Assembly (NCBI GenBank): GCA_030390025.1
Contig: CM059431.1
Coordinates: 126,420,001 to 126,484,000 of the forward strand
DNA from: Squalus acanthias
Taxonomy: Eukaryota
Length of the DNA: 64,000 nt
Reading direction: 5' to 3'
The number at the start of each line of letters is the position of its first letter. Within the stretch, counting starts at the first letter, position 1. Both the position numbers and the translations under genes were made by a program. The notes below the pieces were generated by a model. That model made no database searches and had not been told where the DNA came from. It was given only the letters and a program-made list of their open reading frames with translations. This document shows, piece after piece, positions 10,522 through 23,889 of the stretch.

Positions 10522-12120
10522 TCACTATGGCAACCCGTATGGGGCCTAGCTATGCCTGCCTTTTTGTGGGATACGTGGAACATTCTTTGTTCCAGTCCTA
10601 CTCAGGTCCCCAACCTCACCTCTTTTTCCGGTACTTTGATGATTATATTAGTGCTACTTCCTGCTCTCGTCTGAGCTGCAAAATGTCAGCAAGTTTGTTT
10701 CAATTTCCACCCCTCTCTCAGCTCTACATGGTCCATCTCCAACTCCTCCGTCCCTTCCTCGACTTCTCTATTTCCATTTCTGGGGATAGGCTGTCAACCA
10801 ATATCTACTATAAGCCCACTGACTCCCACAGCTACCTTGATTACACTTCCTCCCACCCCATTTCCTGTAAGGACTCTATTCCATTCTTCCAATTTCTCTA
10901 GCTCCGTCGCATCTGTTCTAACAATACCACCTCCCACAACAGTACTTCCGATGTGTCTTCCTTTCTCTTCAACCGAGGATTAACCTCAACTGTAGTTAAC
11001 AGGGGCCTTGACCGTGTTCGTTCCATTTCCTGCTTTTCTGCCCTCATCCTGTCCCTCCTTTACAGAACCACAATAGGGTTCCCTTATTTCCCCCTTTTCT
11101 TTGGGTTATCTGTACCATTGATTGTTTAGAGATAAGTTAGAAAACTAAAGGAGTCCTCAGCTCACCCTCCTTTTTTCTTTCCCTATCTTTCCTGAATACC
11201 TCCCACTCCACCAACCTGCACATTGAACAGATCATCCTCCACCAATTCCGCCACCTCCAGCGCGATGCCACCACTAAACATAACTTGCCCTCCCCTCCGC
11301 TTTTAGTATTCCGAAGGGTCCATTCCCTCCACGACACTCTTCAATCAACCCAAACACCTGCACCCACTCTCACAGCACCTTCCCATGCAAGTGCGGGAGA
11401 TGCAACACGTGCCCTTTCACCTCCTCCCTTCCTACCATCCTGGGCCTCAAATATTACTTTCAGATGAAACAGCGATTTACTTTTAGTTCTTTCAATTTAG
11501 TATACTGTATTCGCTGCTCACGATGTGGTCTCCACTACATTGGGAGACCAAACGCAGACTGGGTGACCGCTTTGCGGAACACTTCCATTCACTCCGCAAG
11601 TGTGACTCCAAGCTTCCAGTTGCTTGCCATTTTAATTCATCATCCCACTCCCACACTGACCTCTCTGTCCTTGGCCTTCTACACTGTTCCAATGATGCTC
11701 AGCGCATGCTCAACAAACAGCGCCTCATCTTTCGATTAGGCACTTTACAACCTTCTGGACAATGAGCTAGAAATTGATTATAGCCCAGGAATGGGCAGTA
11801 TCATTCGAAAAGTTGAAGAATTAGCGCCAGGCATTAATGCTTTAGACTGCACGCATATTCATTCTCACTGCTCAAAGAAATGATTGGAGCGCTAATTCAA
11901 GTCTTAAAGCCAAAGCTCATTGGCGTTACACTCAAAGGGTGGACCAATACTACATGCAGTCTAATCGCAAGTCATCATTGCCACAGGCTATTTCCAATTC
12001 TTAAAGTGGAGGTTCATTGATGCTGCAGAACCTCATTCTCAGCATTGCTGGCTGTGCAGCTGCCTCAGCAAGGAGAAGCACGTCAAGGAGAATCGCCGGA
12101 TGACTGAAGCAACTGTACTC

Positions 12121-14003
12121 ATAGCAGGTCCATGCCCCAGGGAGAGAGCCCGCAGATTCTGTGATCAAGCATTGGAGGCGTTAGCGTTCGCTGTGGAGAG
12201 ACGGAGGGTGGTGCGCTACCCAGCAAGTGGCAGGAGGCCCTTGCCGCAAGTCTTCGGCACCATGTAGAGGGAGGTAGCGCAGCACGTCTCGGGCTGCACT
12301 GTGGTCCCCAGGACCCACACACAGTGCAGGAAGAAATTTAACAACCTCACTCGGGTGGTCAGGGTGAGTCAGTGCTTCAACAAATGTTACCTACCACCAT
12401 CTGAACCACAGTCTGCACACACTGCCCAAAGCACCACATCCCTAGCACTCACCCATCAACAATATCTACCTAACAACAGTCAAACCCACATGTCACGCCT
12501 TGCACAGCTATTCAACTATGGCAGGCACATCACCCAAACACATTGCTCCACACTCATTCACACACTTTCCTTTCCTTGCAGGCCAAGGTGGCTCACAAAA
12601 GGAGGGAGCAGGAGCACAGGCGGGGGACAAGCCGACACCCAACCACAGTCTGCGCTGGAGAATCGAGTGCTGGAGATTATTAGGCACCAGATGGTGGGTG
12701 CCGTGGCCACCGGTGACATTGACCCCCTTGGGGACAACAACACGTATGCTCATCCCTACTCCTTCTTCTCACATCCCACTTCCCCTCACCCCACAAGCCT
12801 TTCGCACTTTCCAGCAATCGTGGTGTACGCATGCATTTCTCCCTTCCTGCCCCCCTCCCCTCACCTTAACTGGACTCTTGTGCCTTTATGCTTTCAGGAA
12901 ATGAGCAATCAGCTAAGCAGCCTGTCCCTGAGTGTACTATAGAGAGCGAGGCAAGAGAAGAGAAGGAGGAACACACCGTATCACAGCATGTCTCACCCGC
13001 AGGCACCAGCTCAGATACTGGCACTACGCGTTTTTAAGAGGCTAGTATAGTAGCGGGATCTGCATGTGGTGAGGCACGGGGACGAGTGGGCTGCAGCAAG
13101 GCCACAGGGAAAGGGTAGCTCGGGGGCCAGCTCCCCGTAGGGCGAGTTTGCATGTGGGTTCTGCTGCACAGGACTCAGATGAGGACCTCGATGGGTAGGC
13201 ATTTAGAAGAACGGTGATGGGCAGGCACATGGAGATGATAGGTGCAATGGCAAGGGTGCCTGAGAGCCTCTCGGCAATGGTAAGGAGCGTGGAGGAGTCC
13301 GCCTCCAACATTGCACAAGGATCTGCACACACCATAGAGCCGATCATTTCCAGTCTTCAAAGGATGGTAAACTCCCAGAGAGACCGTGGCAACCCATACC
13401 TGATGCTGAGTGTGATGGGTGATCGGGCAGCTTTCATTGCAGCACAGGCAGAAGCAACGCAACGTCCTAGTGCTGTAATACCGGCTATGCTTGGTGGCAT
13501 CCAATCTCAGGCTGCTCTCACGCAGTCTCAGCTTGATGCCATGCAAGCTCTGACTGCTGCCATCGTGGCTGGGTCTACCACCGTCGACTGGCGCTTTCAC
13601 GGTGTCACAACATGCCAGCAATCTGTGCTGCAACAGATTGCTAGGGATGCTGAGGTGCTGCCCCGGGGGAGTGGGTCAGTGGGGCAGGAACCTGCTGTCC
13701 TCTCTCAGGATGACAGCATTCCTGCTCCCACCACTGCCACTCTGCAATTGCCCTTGTCGCTGCCTGTCATCCAGCCAGCCCAGACTGCTGCCGCCTATGC
13801 TGAGGTGGTGCAGTCTACCCCCGGGCCTTCCAGGCACAGAGCTGGTTGAGGGCATCCTGCAAGGTCATCTGAAGACTCCCGCATGAACACTCAGCAGCCT
13901 TCCACCAGCCTTGCTGCAGCCACTGGGCCAACACTTCTTAGGAGCACTAGAGTAGGCAAAGGCATTATATTGAGAGGCACTAATGGATTGCACAAGGGTG
14001 AAT
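12121..14003 (+). pseudogene. Harbinger Myb/SANT-like gene (introns 12364-12581 and 12744-12897)
   Basis: RERARRFCDQALEALA...VVPRTHTQCRKKFNNLTRVV; exon 3 includes ORF 13214-13849. Several stops and frameshifts. Confidence 0.85.
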
Positions 14004-14170
14004 AGTTAATATTTTTGGTGCAAATATGTGCTCACTGATTTTTGATACATTTATTCATTCAGTTTGGATTCTTTTGTGGTGTGTCTCATTTCAGCTTTGC
14101 GCTGTGAAATGGCCTGCGACAGGGATGGAATGATGGGGATTTGGTGACGAATGGGGATCTGGGGTTTAAT

Positions 14171-15397
14171 TTATTGGAACCGCAGTCTGATGAGGTGATC
14201 ACAGACCTCCCTTCCAGAAGGCCGATTGAGTGGGTGCCTCCTCCCTCGCTCCTGTTCCTCCTCCTCCTCGTACTCCTCCTCCTCCTCCTCTCCCACTTCC
14301 TCCTCCTTAGGTGCTCCCTCAATCCCTGGTAGCAAGGGCTGGGCCCTCATGATGACCAAGTTGTGGAGCATGCAGCAGACCACCACGAAATGGGACACAC
14401 ACTCAGCCGAGTACTGGAGAGCTCCTCCCGAGTGGTCAAGCTAGCGAAAACGTTGCTTTAGCACCCCGATGGCCTGCTAGATGAGGTTCCAGGTTGCAGC
14501 ATGGCTATCATTATATGAGTGCTGGGCAGGATTGTTGGGGTTGTGAAGTGGAGTCATGAGCCAGGTGGAGAGTGAATAGCCCTTGTCTCCGACCAGCCAG
14601 CCCCGAGCTTGACATGATGGTTGGAAAAGTGCTGGCACACCAGTCTGGCACAGGATGAAGGCATCGTTGCTGCTGCCAGGATAGCAGGCATGGACGGTGA
14701 GGATTCGCTGTGTGTGGTCACACACCAACTGCACATTAAATGAGTGGTAGCCCTTGTGATGACGGAAGATCTTAGGATTGTTATGCGGTGCCCGCAAAGC
14801 CACGTGGGTGCAATGTCAACCTTCACCATGGGGAATCCCGCTATCCTGGCAAAGCCACATGCATGCTCGTCCTGCTTCTCTCTGGTGATGGGGAAAGAAA
14901 TCTATTCCCTTCTCCTACTGTAGTGCACTTCTGTGACCTCTCGGATGGACGTCGAACTGCAAAATTTTAGCTATGTCTCCTGTTACATATTGGAAGGATC
15001 CACTGGCGAAGAAATTGAGGGCGACGGTGACCTTAACTGCCACTTAGAGAGCCATGGTCACCCTGATCTGAGGCTCCAGGTCTGGTTGCAGGAGGTGGCA
15101 GAGTCCTGTGACCACTTCCTTGGTGAAGTGGAGCCTTCCAATACACTGCTCCTCACTTAATTGGAGGTAGGAGATTTGCTCTCAGAATACCCTCGGAGAG
15201 TTAGGCCTCCTGTTGAGAGCCCTGATGGCCCTCCTCTTCCCTCTGGCCACATGTTCCACTCTTTCTCGCTGCCTCCACTCCCTCCACCGTTGAACTTGGA
15301 GGGCCAGGTAAGCTGCCAGTACAGCCCCCATTAATGTAAGCATAATGTATCGGTTTGATTTTTTTAAGAATAAATGTAACTGCTTTTTAGTTATCAC
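14171..15397 (-). pseudogene. Harbinger (HARBI1-like) DDE transposase
   Basis: RRPNSPRVF, KGYHSFNVQLVCDH...YPGSSNDAFIL...WLVGDKGY...MLHNL, a poly-Glu tract and the C-terminal LIRLRFQ*. Confidence 0.92.
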
Positions 15398-16079
15398 ACC
15401 ACTCCTGATACTAAATTACCTATAAATTACTGAATTAAACTGTTGCGCAATGTCAAACTGACAAGAAAGCACTGAAACTCCACTAACCTGACAGCTGCGA
15501 CTCATTACTCATGATCCCTTTAAATAGCGTCCCTGAAGCCAGCTTCCGGCTGCTTCACGCCAGCTCTCCCTGTCATTGTTTGGTCTGGGCACTAAGGTAG
15601 GTGGCAACAATCAATTTCACAGATCGGGCAGCCAGTGAGCGTTGCATGCTGACTGATGTCATGGTCTGCCTGGCGTTGAAGTCCCCGGTGGTATCTTGTA
15701 CCGGCGGCGCAACCGGGGGTGCCGGATTTGCCGTGCATCGCTGGATTTCCCTTGCCCCAGTAATGGGAGGCACTACGAAACTGAATTTTTTCCCCATTGA
15801 GTTCAGCAATTTCAGATTATAAACACTGCTCCCATTTTTTTCAGACAGCAGGTGCTGGTAATGGTTCTGCTGTCGCCAATTACAGCTCCTCTAGACCCAT
15901 GTTTTGTTTCTTTATTTGTCCCATTACCACCCCCTGTTGCCTTGAACCATCGTCCCATTTCTCATTTAACCACTTCTGCCTTCTATCCTATCACAGACCT
16001 TCTCCTTTGTTCTTTTCTCCCTTCCCCCTTTCCCTGCCTCTGTACTTGCTTAAAAACTGTTACATCTCCAACTTCTTCC

Positions 16080-16116
16080 AGTTCTGACTAAACGTCATCA
16101 ATCTGAAATGTTAACT
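16080..16116 (+). ncRNA. Degenerate hammerhead in a Penelope pLTR
   Basis: AGTT-CTGACTA-...-GAAA-TGTT-AACT. Core G8 and stem II are mutated relative to 28021-28057. Confidence 0.5.
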
Positions 16117-16210
16117 CTGTTTCTCTCTTCACAGATGCTACCTGACCTACTGAGTGTTTCCAGCACTTTCTATTTTTTTTCAGCTTTCCAGCATCCACAG
16201 TATTTTGCTT

Positions 16211-17410
16211 CTGTTTCCTTCCTCGTTGGGCTGGAAACATACTGATCAAGAAAGTTCCCTTCTACGTATTTCAGGAATTCCTTCCCTTCTTTGCCCTTTA
16301 CACTGTTACTATCCCGTCTACACAAGGATAATTGAAGTCCCGCATTTTCATTAATCTAAAGTTCTTGCATTGTTCTGCAATTTGCCTGAAAATTTGCTCC
16401 TCTATCTCATTCGCACTATTTGGTGGCCTATAGTATACATCCAGTGGCACATTAGCTCCTCTATTGTTCTTTAATTCTAATCAAATTGATTCTGTCTTTG
16501 ACCCCCTCAATTACATCATCCCTCTACAGTGCTATAACTGTGTCTTTGATCAATACTGCCACCCCTCCTTTTTTTCCTTCCCTATCTTTCCTGAATATTT
16601 TGTAGCCAGGAATTTTAAGTTCCCAATTCTCCCCTTCTTTGAGCTAAGTCTCTGTTAATGTCGCTATATTATAATCCCATGTGGTGAATTGTGCCAGAGC
16701 TCACCAACCTTATTTACCATGTTCCTGGCATTTACGTACATGCACGCCAAACCCATCTTAGACTGCCTCACATCTTAGACCGCCTCCCATTTACACCCTG
16801 TCTAATCTCTCTTATTTCGGAATGACTTTTTACTCCAAAGCTGTTTGTTTCTTCCAATCTGCTGTGCTCCTTGTTTCTCCTTTCTAATGCTTCATCCTCG
16901 TTCCCAACCCCCTGCCAAAACCCTCCCCACTGCACTATTGCACCTCCCCACAAGTACACTGGTCTCAGCCCTGTTGAGGTGAAACCCATCCATCTTGTAC
17001 AGGTCCCTCCTGCCCCAGAATTGGTCCCAGTGACCCAGGAATCTAAATCCCTCCTTCCTGCACCATCTCTCCAGCCATACATTGACCTGTATTGCTCCTA
17101 TACTCACTGGAATGTGGCACCAGGAGTAATCTAGAGATTACTACCTTTCAGGTTTTGCTTTTTAACTTCATCCCCAGCTCCTTAAACTCTGACTGCAGGA
17201 CCTTAACCCTTTTCCTTTTTATGTCGTTGGTTCCCACATGGACCATGACTTCTGGCTGTTCCCCTGAGCCCATCAAAAGGTTCTGCACCCCTTCCATGAT
17301 ATCCTTTACCCTGGCACCAGGGAGGCAACACACCATGCGGGACTTACGTCGGCGGTTGCAGAAATGCCTATCTGTCCCCCTGACTATCGATTCCCCTATT
17401 ACCACAGTTT
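16211..17410 (-). mobile_element. Old CR1 5' part: ORF1 SGNH esterase plus ORF2 endonuclease start (scaffold piece)
   Basis: VIGESIVRGTD...CLPGARVKD...VHVGTNDI and DGFHLN (SGNH blocks), then endonuclease-like sequence that joins 10157. Confidence 0.88.
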
Positions 17411-17890
17411 TACACTTCTATCACCTTTATGCCATTTCTGGGTTTCCGAGAATCTATGGTGTTACTGACTGCACATGTACAAAGATAAACACACCTTCTG
17501 TGAATGACATTGCATACTTTAAGCAAAACCATTTTGATGAATACACAAGCTATGTTGCCAAATATATGATGATCACTTTCATGCTTACACAAATTTCATT
17601 ACTCTCTTCTGACCACTTCATCTCGCCTTACAGTTCATCTTTCAGCTGGTTTCAATAAATATATTTCAGGAAAAGCTCCCATGTGCTTGTGGCTGTGGTC
17701 TAATCTGTGCTCTTCATTATATTCCCCTGCAATCACTTGTGGCCCACCTGTTCCTTATTAGTGCCTTTCAGCAGATATGCTCCTTTCTATCTCTGAGACT
17801 CCTTCTGTAGCTCCAGTGAGATGTTCCTGTATCTGGGATTTATTACTGCTCCCTTTCCTCCTGCTATCCAGCAAGAGAAAAAGACATAAT

Positions 17891-18626
17891 GGCCCAAAAA
17901 TTCGTGAGGGAGCCTTCGTGCGAGGGTAAGGCCACCCCGCGATCTCTCACTGCGCGCTGGCTTTTTCAGTCCGAGCTCGCACGAACTTGATGTTCTGGAC
18001 AGCAGCTGTGCAGGGCTTCCGTATCCCACAGGCGTAGTTAATTCGTGCGAGCTGTGGGATCACGTGACTCAGTTAGAGCCAATGGCAGCACACCATCTTT
18101 CATTCATAGCTTTCACATAAGTGCTGTGAAAGCTATGAATCTATACCCCCCAAAAGAACAGCTAAACCTCAATTAAATTTAAAAAAACCATCACATTAAT
18201 AAAATAAGTATAGTTAAATAAATTAACCATTTTAAACAAAAAATTAAATTTTTGAAAAATTTAAAATCTTTTAAAAAGTTAGAAAAATAAACTTACCTGT
18301 CTTTAAAGTCTCTAAAAAAGATATACCTGTTAAAAAAAATTCAAAATAATACTTAATTAACGACATACCTTGTTAAAAGAGGGTCTTACGCCTCCTTTCT
18401 TTATGTCTAAAATGTTCCATGCTTACCTGCGCGTTCAAAGCACTAAGTGCACTGCGTGCGCGCAGCCTGTAGCGCGCACGCGGTTCATCTAGGAACCGCC
18501 CCCTTTTGAATTCACCAAGTGCCGGTTTTCAGCGCATGCGCAGTGCATGCAGAAAACCGGCAATTGGAGACAGAATATGCGAGAGTACACAGTGCGTACT
18601 CTCGCGTAGCGGGACTATTTTGGGCC
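17891..18626. mobile_element. Harbinger-like MITE family 1, copy 2
   Basis: GGCCCAAAA...TTTTGGGCC termini, AAT/AAT TSD, homologous to 1271-2034. Confidence 0.92.
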
Positions 18627-19559
18627 AATGTAAACGATATTTTCTCTCCAACAATGCATGTAAAAATTACTGTTATACTAAGGCAAATACAATGGTACAC
18701 AAAATGCAATTCAATGGCAAAATATGTTAAGATGCAGTTAAACTGCCATTTTCACATCGCAGTGAAATAATTTTCACTTCACAGCGATGCAAGTGAGGCA
18801 AAATAATTTGGGTCTGGGGCCTCGATTTAACTCTAAAACAGAGCAGTATGAGACCATCAGGGAGATCGTCTTACTACTTGTGTTTGACAATTTTTGTCTA
18901 TGTTTATATTGCATTTACATTTATGTATTGAGGAGAAGAAAAGGCCATCAAGCCTATACTTGTTTGCCCCCATCCTTGGCTGTATACGTAGAGTTCTCTC
19001 TTGATTCTGAGAGTTTGTTTTGTAGACAGATAGCCAGCATCAATCATGTTTTCTAGACCAATAGCTATAGTGTAAGTTCAGCCAGAATTGAATTATGGCT
19101 AAAAATACCTCTGCTCCCTACAAATGCAAAATCCAACTCATTTTCAGCAAATCAGACAAAGGATTTATACTTCAGTTGGAGACACAGACCACTAAACAAA
19201 CATTAGTTCTTCAAGACGATTTTGTTTGCATAATATATTCAATGGCAGGAAATGACACTACTTTCCAATATTCCATTCAATTCCCAGTTCAAGCCTTGGA
19301 TAAAGTATATTTAAATGATCTGACATGGATCCTTCACATTTGTGGGATTGACTCAATGCCACTGTGGATATTATAAATCATATATAAATACATTTTTGAA
19401 TTTTCCTAGTTGAGTCAGCAATTGAAGCAGGCGGCAGGTCTCCATCACCAGCGCAAACCATTCCAGCATTATTAAGTGTACACATATTCTAATATATTGA
19501 AAATTCCAATATGACACATAATGGAAATTTAAACTAGTTCCATGATGATTTATTAAAAT

Positions 19560-21514
19560 GCAAGGTTGATGTAGCTGTACCTGACTAATACAGTGGACCT
19601 CTGTACAGAGGAGTACAGAAAGTGTAGGGGTGCAATTAAAAGGATATTAGGAAAGCAAAGAGAGAACATGAAAAATTCTTGGCAAGTACAATCAAGGAAA
19701 ACCCAAAGATGTTTTATAAATATATTAAGAGTAAGATGATAACTAAAGAAAGGGTAGGGCCTATTAGAGATCATGAGGGTAATCTGTGTGTGGAGGCGGG
19801 AGACGTCGGTAGGGTTCTTAATGAATACTTTGCGTCTGTTTTCACAAAGGAGAGGGGCGAAGCAGACATTGCTATCAGAGAGGAGGAGTGTGAAATATTA
19901 GATGAAATAAACATAGTGAGAGAGGAAGTATTAAGGGGTTTAGCAGCTTTAAAAGTGGATAAATCCTCAGGCCCGGATGAAATGTATCCCAGGCTGTTAA
20001 GCGAAGCAAAAGAGGAAATAGCAGAGGCCCTGACCATCATTTTCCAATCCTCTCTGGCTCAGGTGTGGTGCCGGAGGACTGGAGGACTGCTAATGTGGTA
20101 CCCTTGTTTAAAAAGGGAGAAAAGGATAGACCAAGTAATTACAGGCCAGTCAGTCTAACCTCGGTGGTGGGAAAATTATTGGAAAGAATTCTGAAGGACA
20201 GGATAAATCATCATTTAGAAAAATACGGATTAATCAAGGATAGTCAGCACGGATTTGTTGAGGGAAGGTCGTGTCTGACAAACTTGATTGAATTTTTTGA
20301 GGAGGTAGCAAGGAGGGTAGATGAGGGTAGTGCTTTTGATGTAGTGTATATGGACTTTAGCAAGGCTTTTGATCAGGTTCCACATGGCAGATTGGTCACG
20401 AAGTTAAAAGCCCGTGGGAGCCAGGGCAAAGTGTCAAGTTGGATTCAAAACTGGCTCGGAGACAGGAAGCAGAGGGTAATGGTTGATGGGTGTTTTTGTG
20501 ACTGGAAGGCTGTTTCCAGTGGGATTCCGCAGGGCTCACTACTAGGTCCCTTGCTTTTTGTGGTATATAACAATGATCTAGACTTGAATATAGGGGGTAT
20601 GATTAAGAAATTTGCAGATGAAACTAAAATCGGCTGTGTGGTTGATACTGAAGAAGGAAGCTGTAGACTGCAGGAAGATATCAATAAATTGGTCAGGTGA
20701 GCAGAACAGTGGCAAATGGAATTCATTCCGGAGAAGTGTGAGGGCTAACAAGGAAAGGGAATAAACATTAAATGGTAGGACACTGAGTAGTGTAGAGGAA
20801 CAAAGGGACCTTGGAGTGCATGTCCACAGATCCCTGAAGGTAGCAGGCCAGGTCGATAAGTTGGTTAAGAAGGCATACGGAATACTTGCCTTTATTAGCC
20901 GTGGCATAGAATACAAGAGCAGGGGGGTTATGCTTCAACTGTATAAAACACTAGTTAGGCCTCAGCTAGAGTACTGCGTGCAGTTCTGGTCACCACATTA
21001 CAGGAAAGATGTGATTGTACTAGAGAGGGTACAGAGGAGATGTTGCCGGGAGTAGAGAATCTTAACTATGAGGAAAGACTGGATAGGCTGGGTCTGTTTT
21101 CCTTGGAACAGAGGAGGCTGAGGGGAGACCTTATTGAGGTGTATAAAATTATGAGGGGCCTAGATAAAGAGGATAGAAAGGACCTATTTACCTTAGCAGA
21201 GGGGTCAAAAACCAGGGGGCACAGATTTAAAGTAATTGGTGGAAGGTTTAGAGGGGATTTGAGGGGAAATTTCTTCACCCAGAGGGTTGTGGGGGTCTGG
21301 AACTCACTGCCTGAAAGGGTGGTAGAGGTAGAAACCCAAACCACATTTATAAAGTACTTGGATGTGCACTTGGGATGCTGTAACCTGCAGGGCTACGGAC
21401 CAAGAGCTGGGAAGTGGGATCAGGCTGGATAGCTCTTAGTTGGCCGGCGCAGACACAATGGGCCAAAATGGCCTCCTTCCGCGCTGTAACTTTCTATGAT
21501 TCTATGATTCTATG
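19560..21514 (+). mobile_element. 5'-truncated CR1 LINE, frameshifted RT
   Basis: ORFs 19679-20158, 20065-20700, 20816-21055 and 21040-21432 carry RT motifs. (ATTCTATG)n tail. Confidence 0.93.
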
Positions 21515-21985
21515 TATGAGGATGGAACAACAACAACTTGCATTTATATAGCAGTTTTAACTCAGTAAATAGTCCCAAAATGCTTCATAGGAGTGTTATC
21601 AAACACAATTTGACACCGAGCCACACAAGGGCATATTAGGACAGGGCTTAGTCAAAGAGGTAGGCCTAGAAATTAGATATGGCCTGAAAACGGGCAGTGT
21701 CATGGCCCAGCGCTATTTAGCTGCGCCGGGTCAAAGTGGTCTTGGAAGTAGGCATAATCCGTGTTCAGTGCTCATTTACATGATTATAGTGCTGATCCCA
21801 GTGCTAAAATGCTGCTTATTGGCTTAATGCTCAACAGGTGGGCCAATGTCAGGTGCAGTCTAATTCCCAGTCATGTTTGGCCGAGGCTTTCTCCACTACT
21901 TAAAGTGGAATGTTCTTTGACGCAGGAGCACCTCATTGTCATTGTATTTGGAGCACCACTTGGAAGCAGAACTGACTAGGAAGAG

Positions 21986-23888
21986 ATGACTGAGGGGCAG
22001 CAGAGGGAGAGAACAACACAATTCTCAGATGCGGCTCTGGTGGCTGTGGAAAAGTGGCGGGCTGTCCTCATCCAGCAAGCCAGTAGGAAGCCATCGGCCA
22101 ATACATGTAGAAGGCTGTAGCAGGAGATATCTGCTTATGTGACGGCCAACAGCGTGGTCGTCAGGTCCTTGTCCAATGCTGCAAGAAGTTTAATGACCTC
22201 ACAAGGAAGGTCAAGGTGAGTGAAGGCTTCAGCAAATGCCATATCCCACCATCTGCACCACAAGCCTCACACACTACTCAATGCACCACACCCCCAGCAT
22301 TCACCTACCAACAATCTCTACCTATCACCACTCAGACCGCAAAATCATAGCTTCATTTCACTCTCACAACCTTACCACTGTTGCAATACTCAAACCCACA
22401 TCTCACACCGTGCACACACTGACAGCTATTCAGCTTTGGAAGGCACATCATCCAAACACATTGCACCACACTCACTCACACACTTCCCTTTCTCTTGTAG
22501 GCTATGGTCGCGCACAATCGCCGGCAGCAGCAGCAGAGAGGCAGGGGGCAAGCCGCGACACAAACCTTGAGTCAACTGGAGGAGAGAGTGCTCGACATCA
22601 TTGGACGGGAAGTCACTGAGGCCGTGGCAACAGGTGAAGCTGAAGCCCTTGGGGAGAAGAACGGTGTGCTCATTCCTAATCCTTCTTCTCACATCCCACT
22701 TCCCCCTCAGCCCACAATCTCTCTCACTTACAAGCTGCTGATGCAGTATGCATGGATATTTTGCTCTCCCACCCCCTACCCCCACCACAACCCAACCCTT
22801 GTGCCTTTCTGCCTTCAGATAACCAAGGACAAGCAGCCACAGAGCCCGTCCATGAGGCAATGGAGGAGAGGGAGGGGGGAGATAAGAAGACACAGTGACA
22901 CTCGCAAACACCAGCTCAGAAACTAGTACAGCGCGTAATCTGGAGGGTAGTGTAGAGGTGGGATCTGCACAGGGTGAGGCAAGGGGTACGAGTGGGCTGC
23001 AGCAAAGCCTGCAGATAGTGTAGCTCAGGGGCCAGCTCCCTGGAGGGCGAGTTCGCGCACGAGTTCTGCTGCACAGGTCTCAGATGCGGACATCGATGGG
23101 TCAGCCTTCAGAAGAAGGATGATGGGCATGCTCACGGAAATGATAGGTGCAATGGCAAGCCTGCCAGAGAGCCTCTCGGCATTGCGAAGGTGCATGGAGC
23201 AGTCTGCCTCCAACATTGCACGGGGCTCTGCGCAGAGCATGGAGCCCAGGATTTCCAGTCTGGAAATGATGGTACACCCCCAGAGAGACCGTGGCGGCCC
23301 AGACGTGATGGCACGTATGATGGGCGATTTCGCAGCTTCCATTGCAACACAGGCAGAAGCGACCCAACGTCTCAGTGCTGCAGCGGAAGCTCAGACTGCT
23401 CTCATGCAGTCTCTGCTTGGTGGCATCCAAGCTCTGATTGCTGCCATCGTGGCTGGGTTTGCCACCATTGACCAGGGCTTTCACAGTTTTGCAGCAGGCC
23501 AGTAATCTGTGCTCCAACAGATTACTAGGAATGCTGAGGTATTCTGGGGGAGTGGCAGTGGGTCAGTGGAGCAGAACCTGCTGTTCTCTCTCAGGGTGAC
23601 AGCATTCCTGTTCCCACCACTGCCACTCCGCCATTGCCCTTGTCGCTGCCTGTCAGCCAACCAGCCCAGACTACTGTCACCCATACCGAGGTAGTGCAGT
23701 CTACAGCTGGGCCTTCTAGGTCCAGAGCTGCTCGAGGTCATCCAGCAAGGCCATCTGAAGTCTCTCCCATGGAAACTCAGCAGCCTTCCACCAGACCTTC
23801 CGCAGCCACTGGGGGCGCACTTTGTATGAGCACTAGAGCAGGAAAGGGCACCTGAACGACAGGCACTAAGGGATTGGACAAGGGTAAT
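21986..23888 (+). pseudogene. Harbinger Myb/SANT-like gene (introns 22216-22500 and 22664-22818)
   Basis: RERTTQFSDAAL...QCCKKFNDLTRKVK|gtgagt. Exon 3 is homologous to copies A and B. Confidence 0.85.
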
Positions 23889-23889
23889 T

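Larger units (their letters stand above)
11764..15795. mobile_element. Full-length PIF/Harbinger transposon copy B (about 4.0 kb, degenerate)
   Basis: Termini GAGCTAGAAATT...AATTTTTTCCCC with AAT/ATT flanks. Two convergent genes. Penelope sequence is continuous across it. Confidence 0.92.
10158..16210 (+). mobile_element. Penelope-like retroelement (RT + GIY-YIG + pseudo-LTR), split by a hAT MITE and Harbinger B
   Basis: FLQIKGV.M.TRMGPSYACLFVG, FFRYFDD, IYYKPTDSHSYLDYTSSHP, NLVYCIRCSRCGLHYIG, ETKRRLGDRFAEH. The pLTR resumes at 15796 after the Harbinger insertion. Confidence 0.9.

Noticed and set aside
14171..15397. Domesticated host HARBI1 gene
   Set aside because: Several dispersed copies with TIRs, stops and frameshifts show these are transposon copies.
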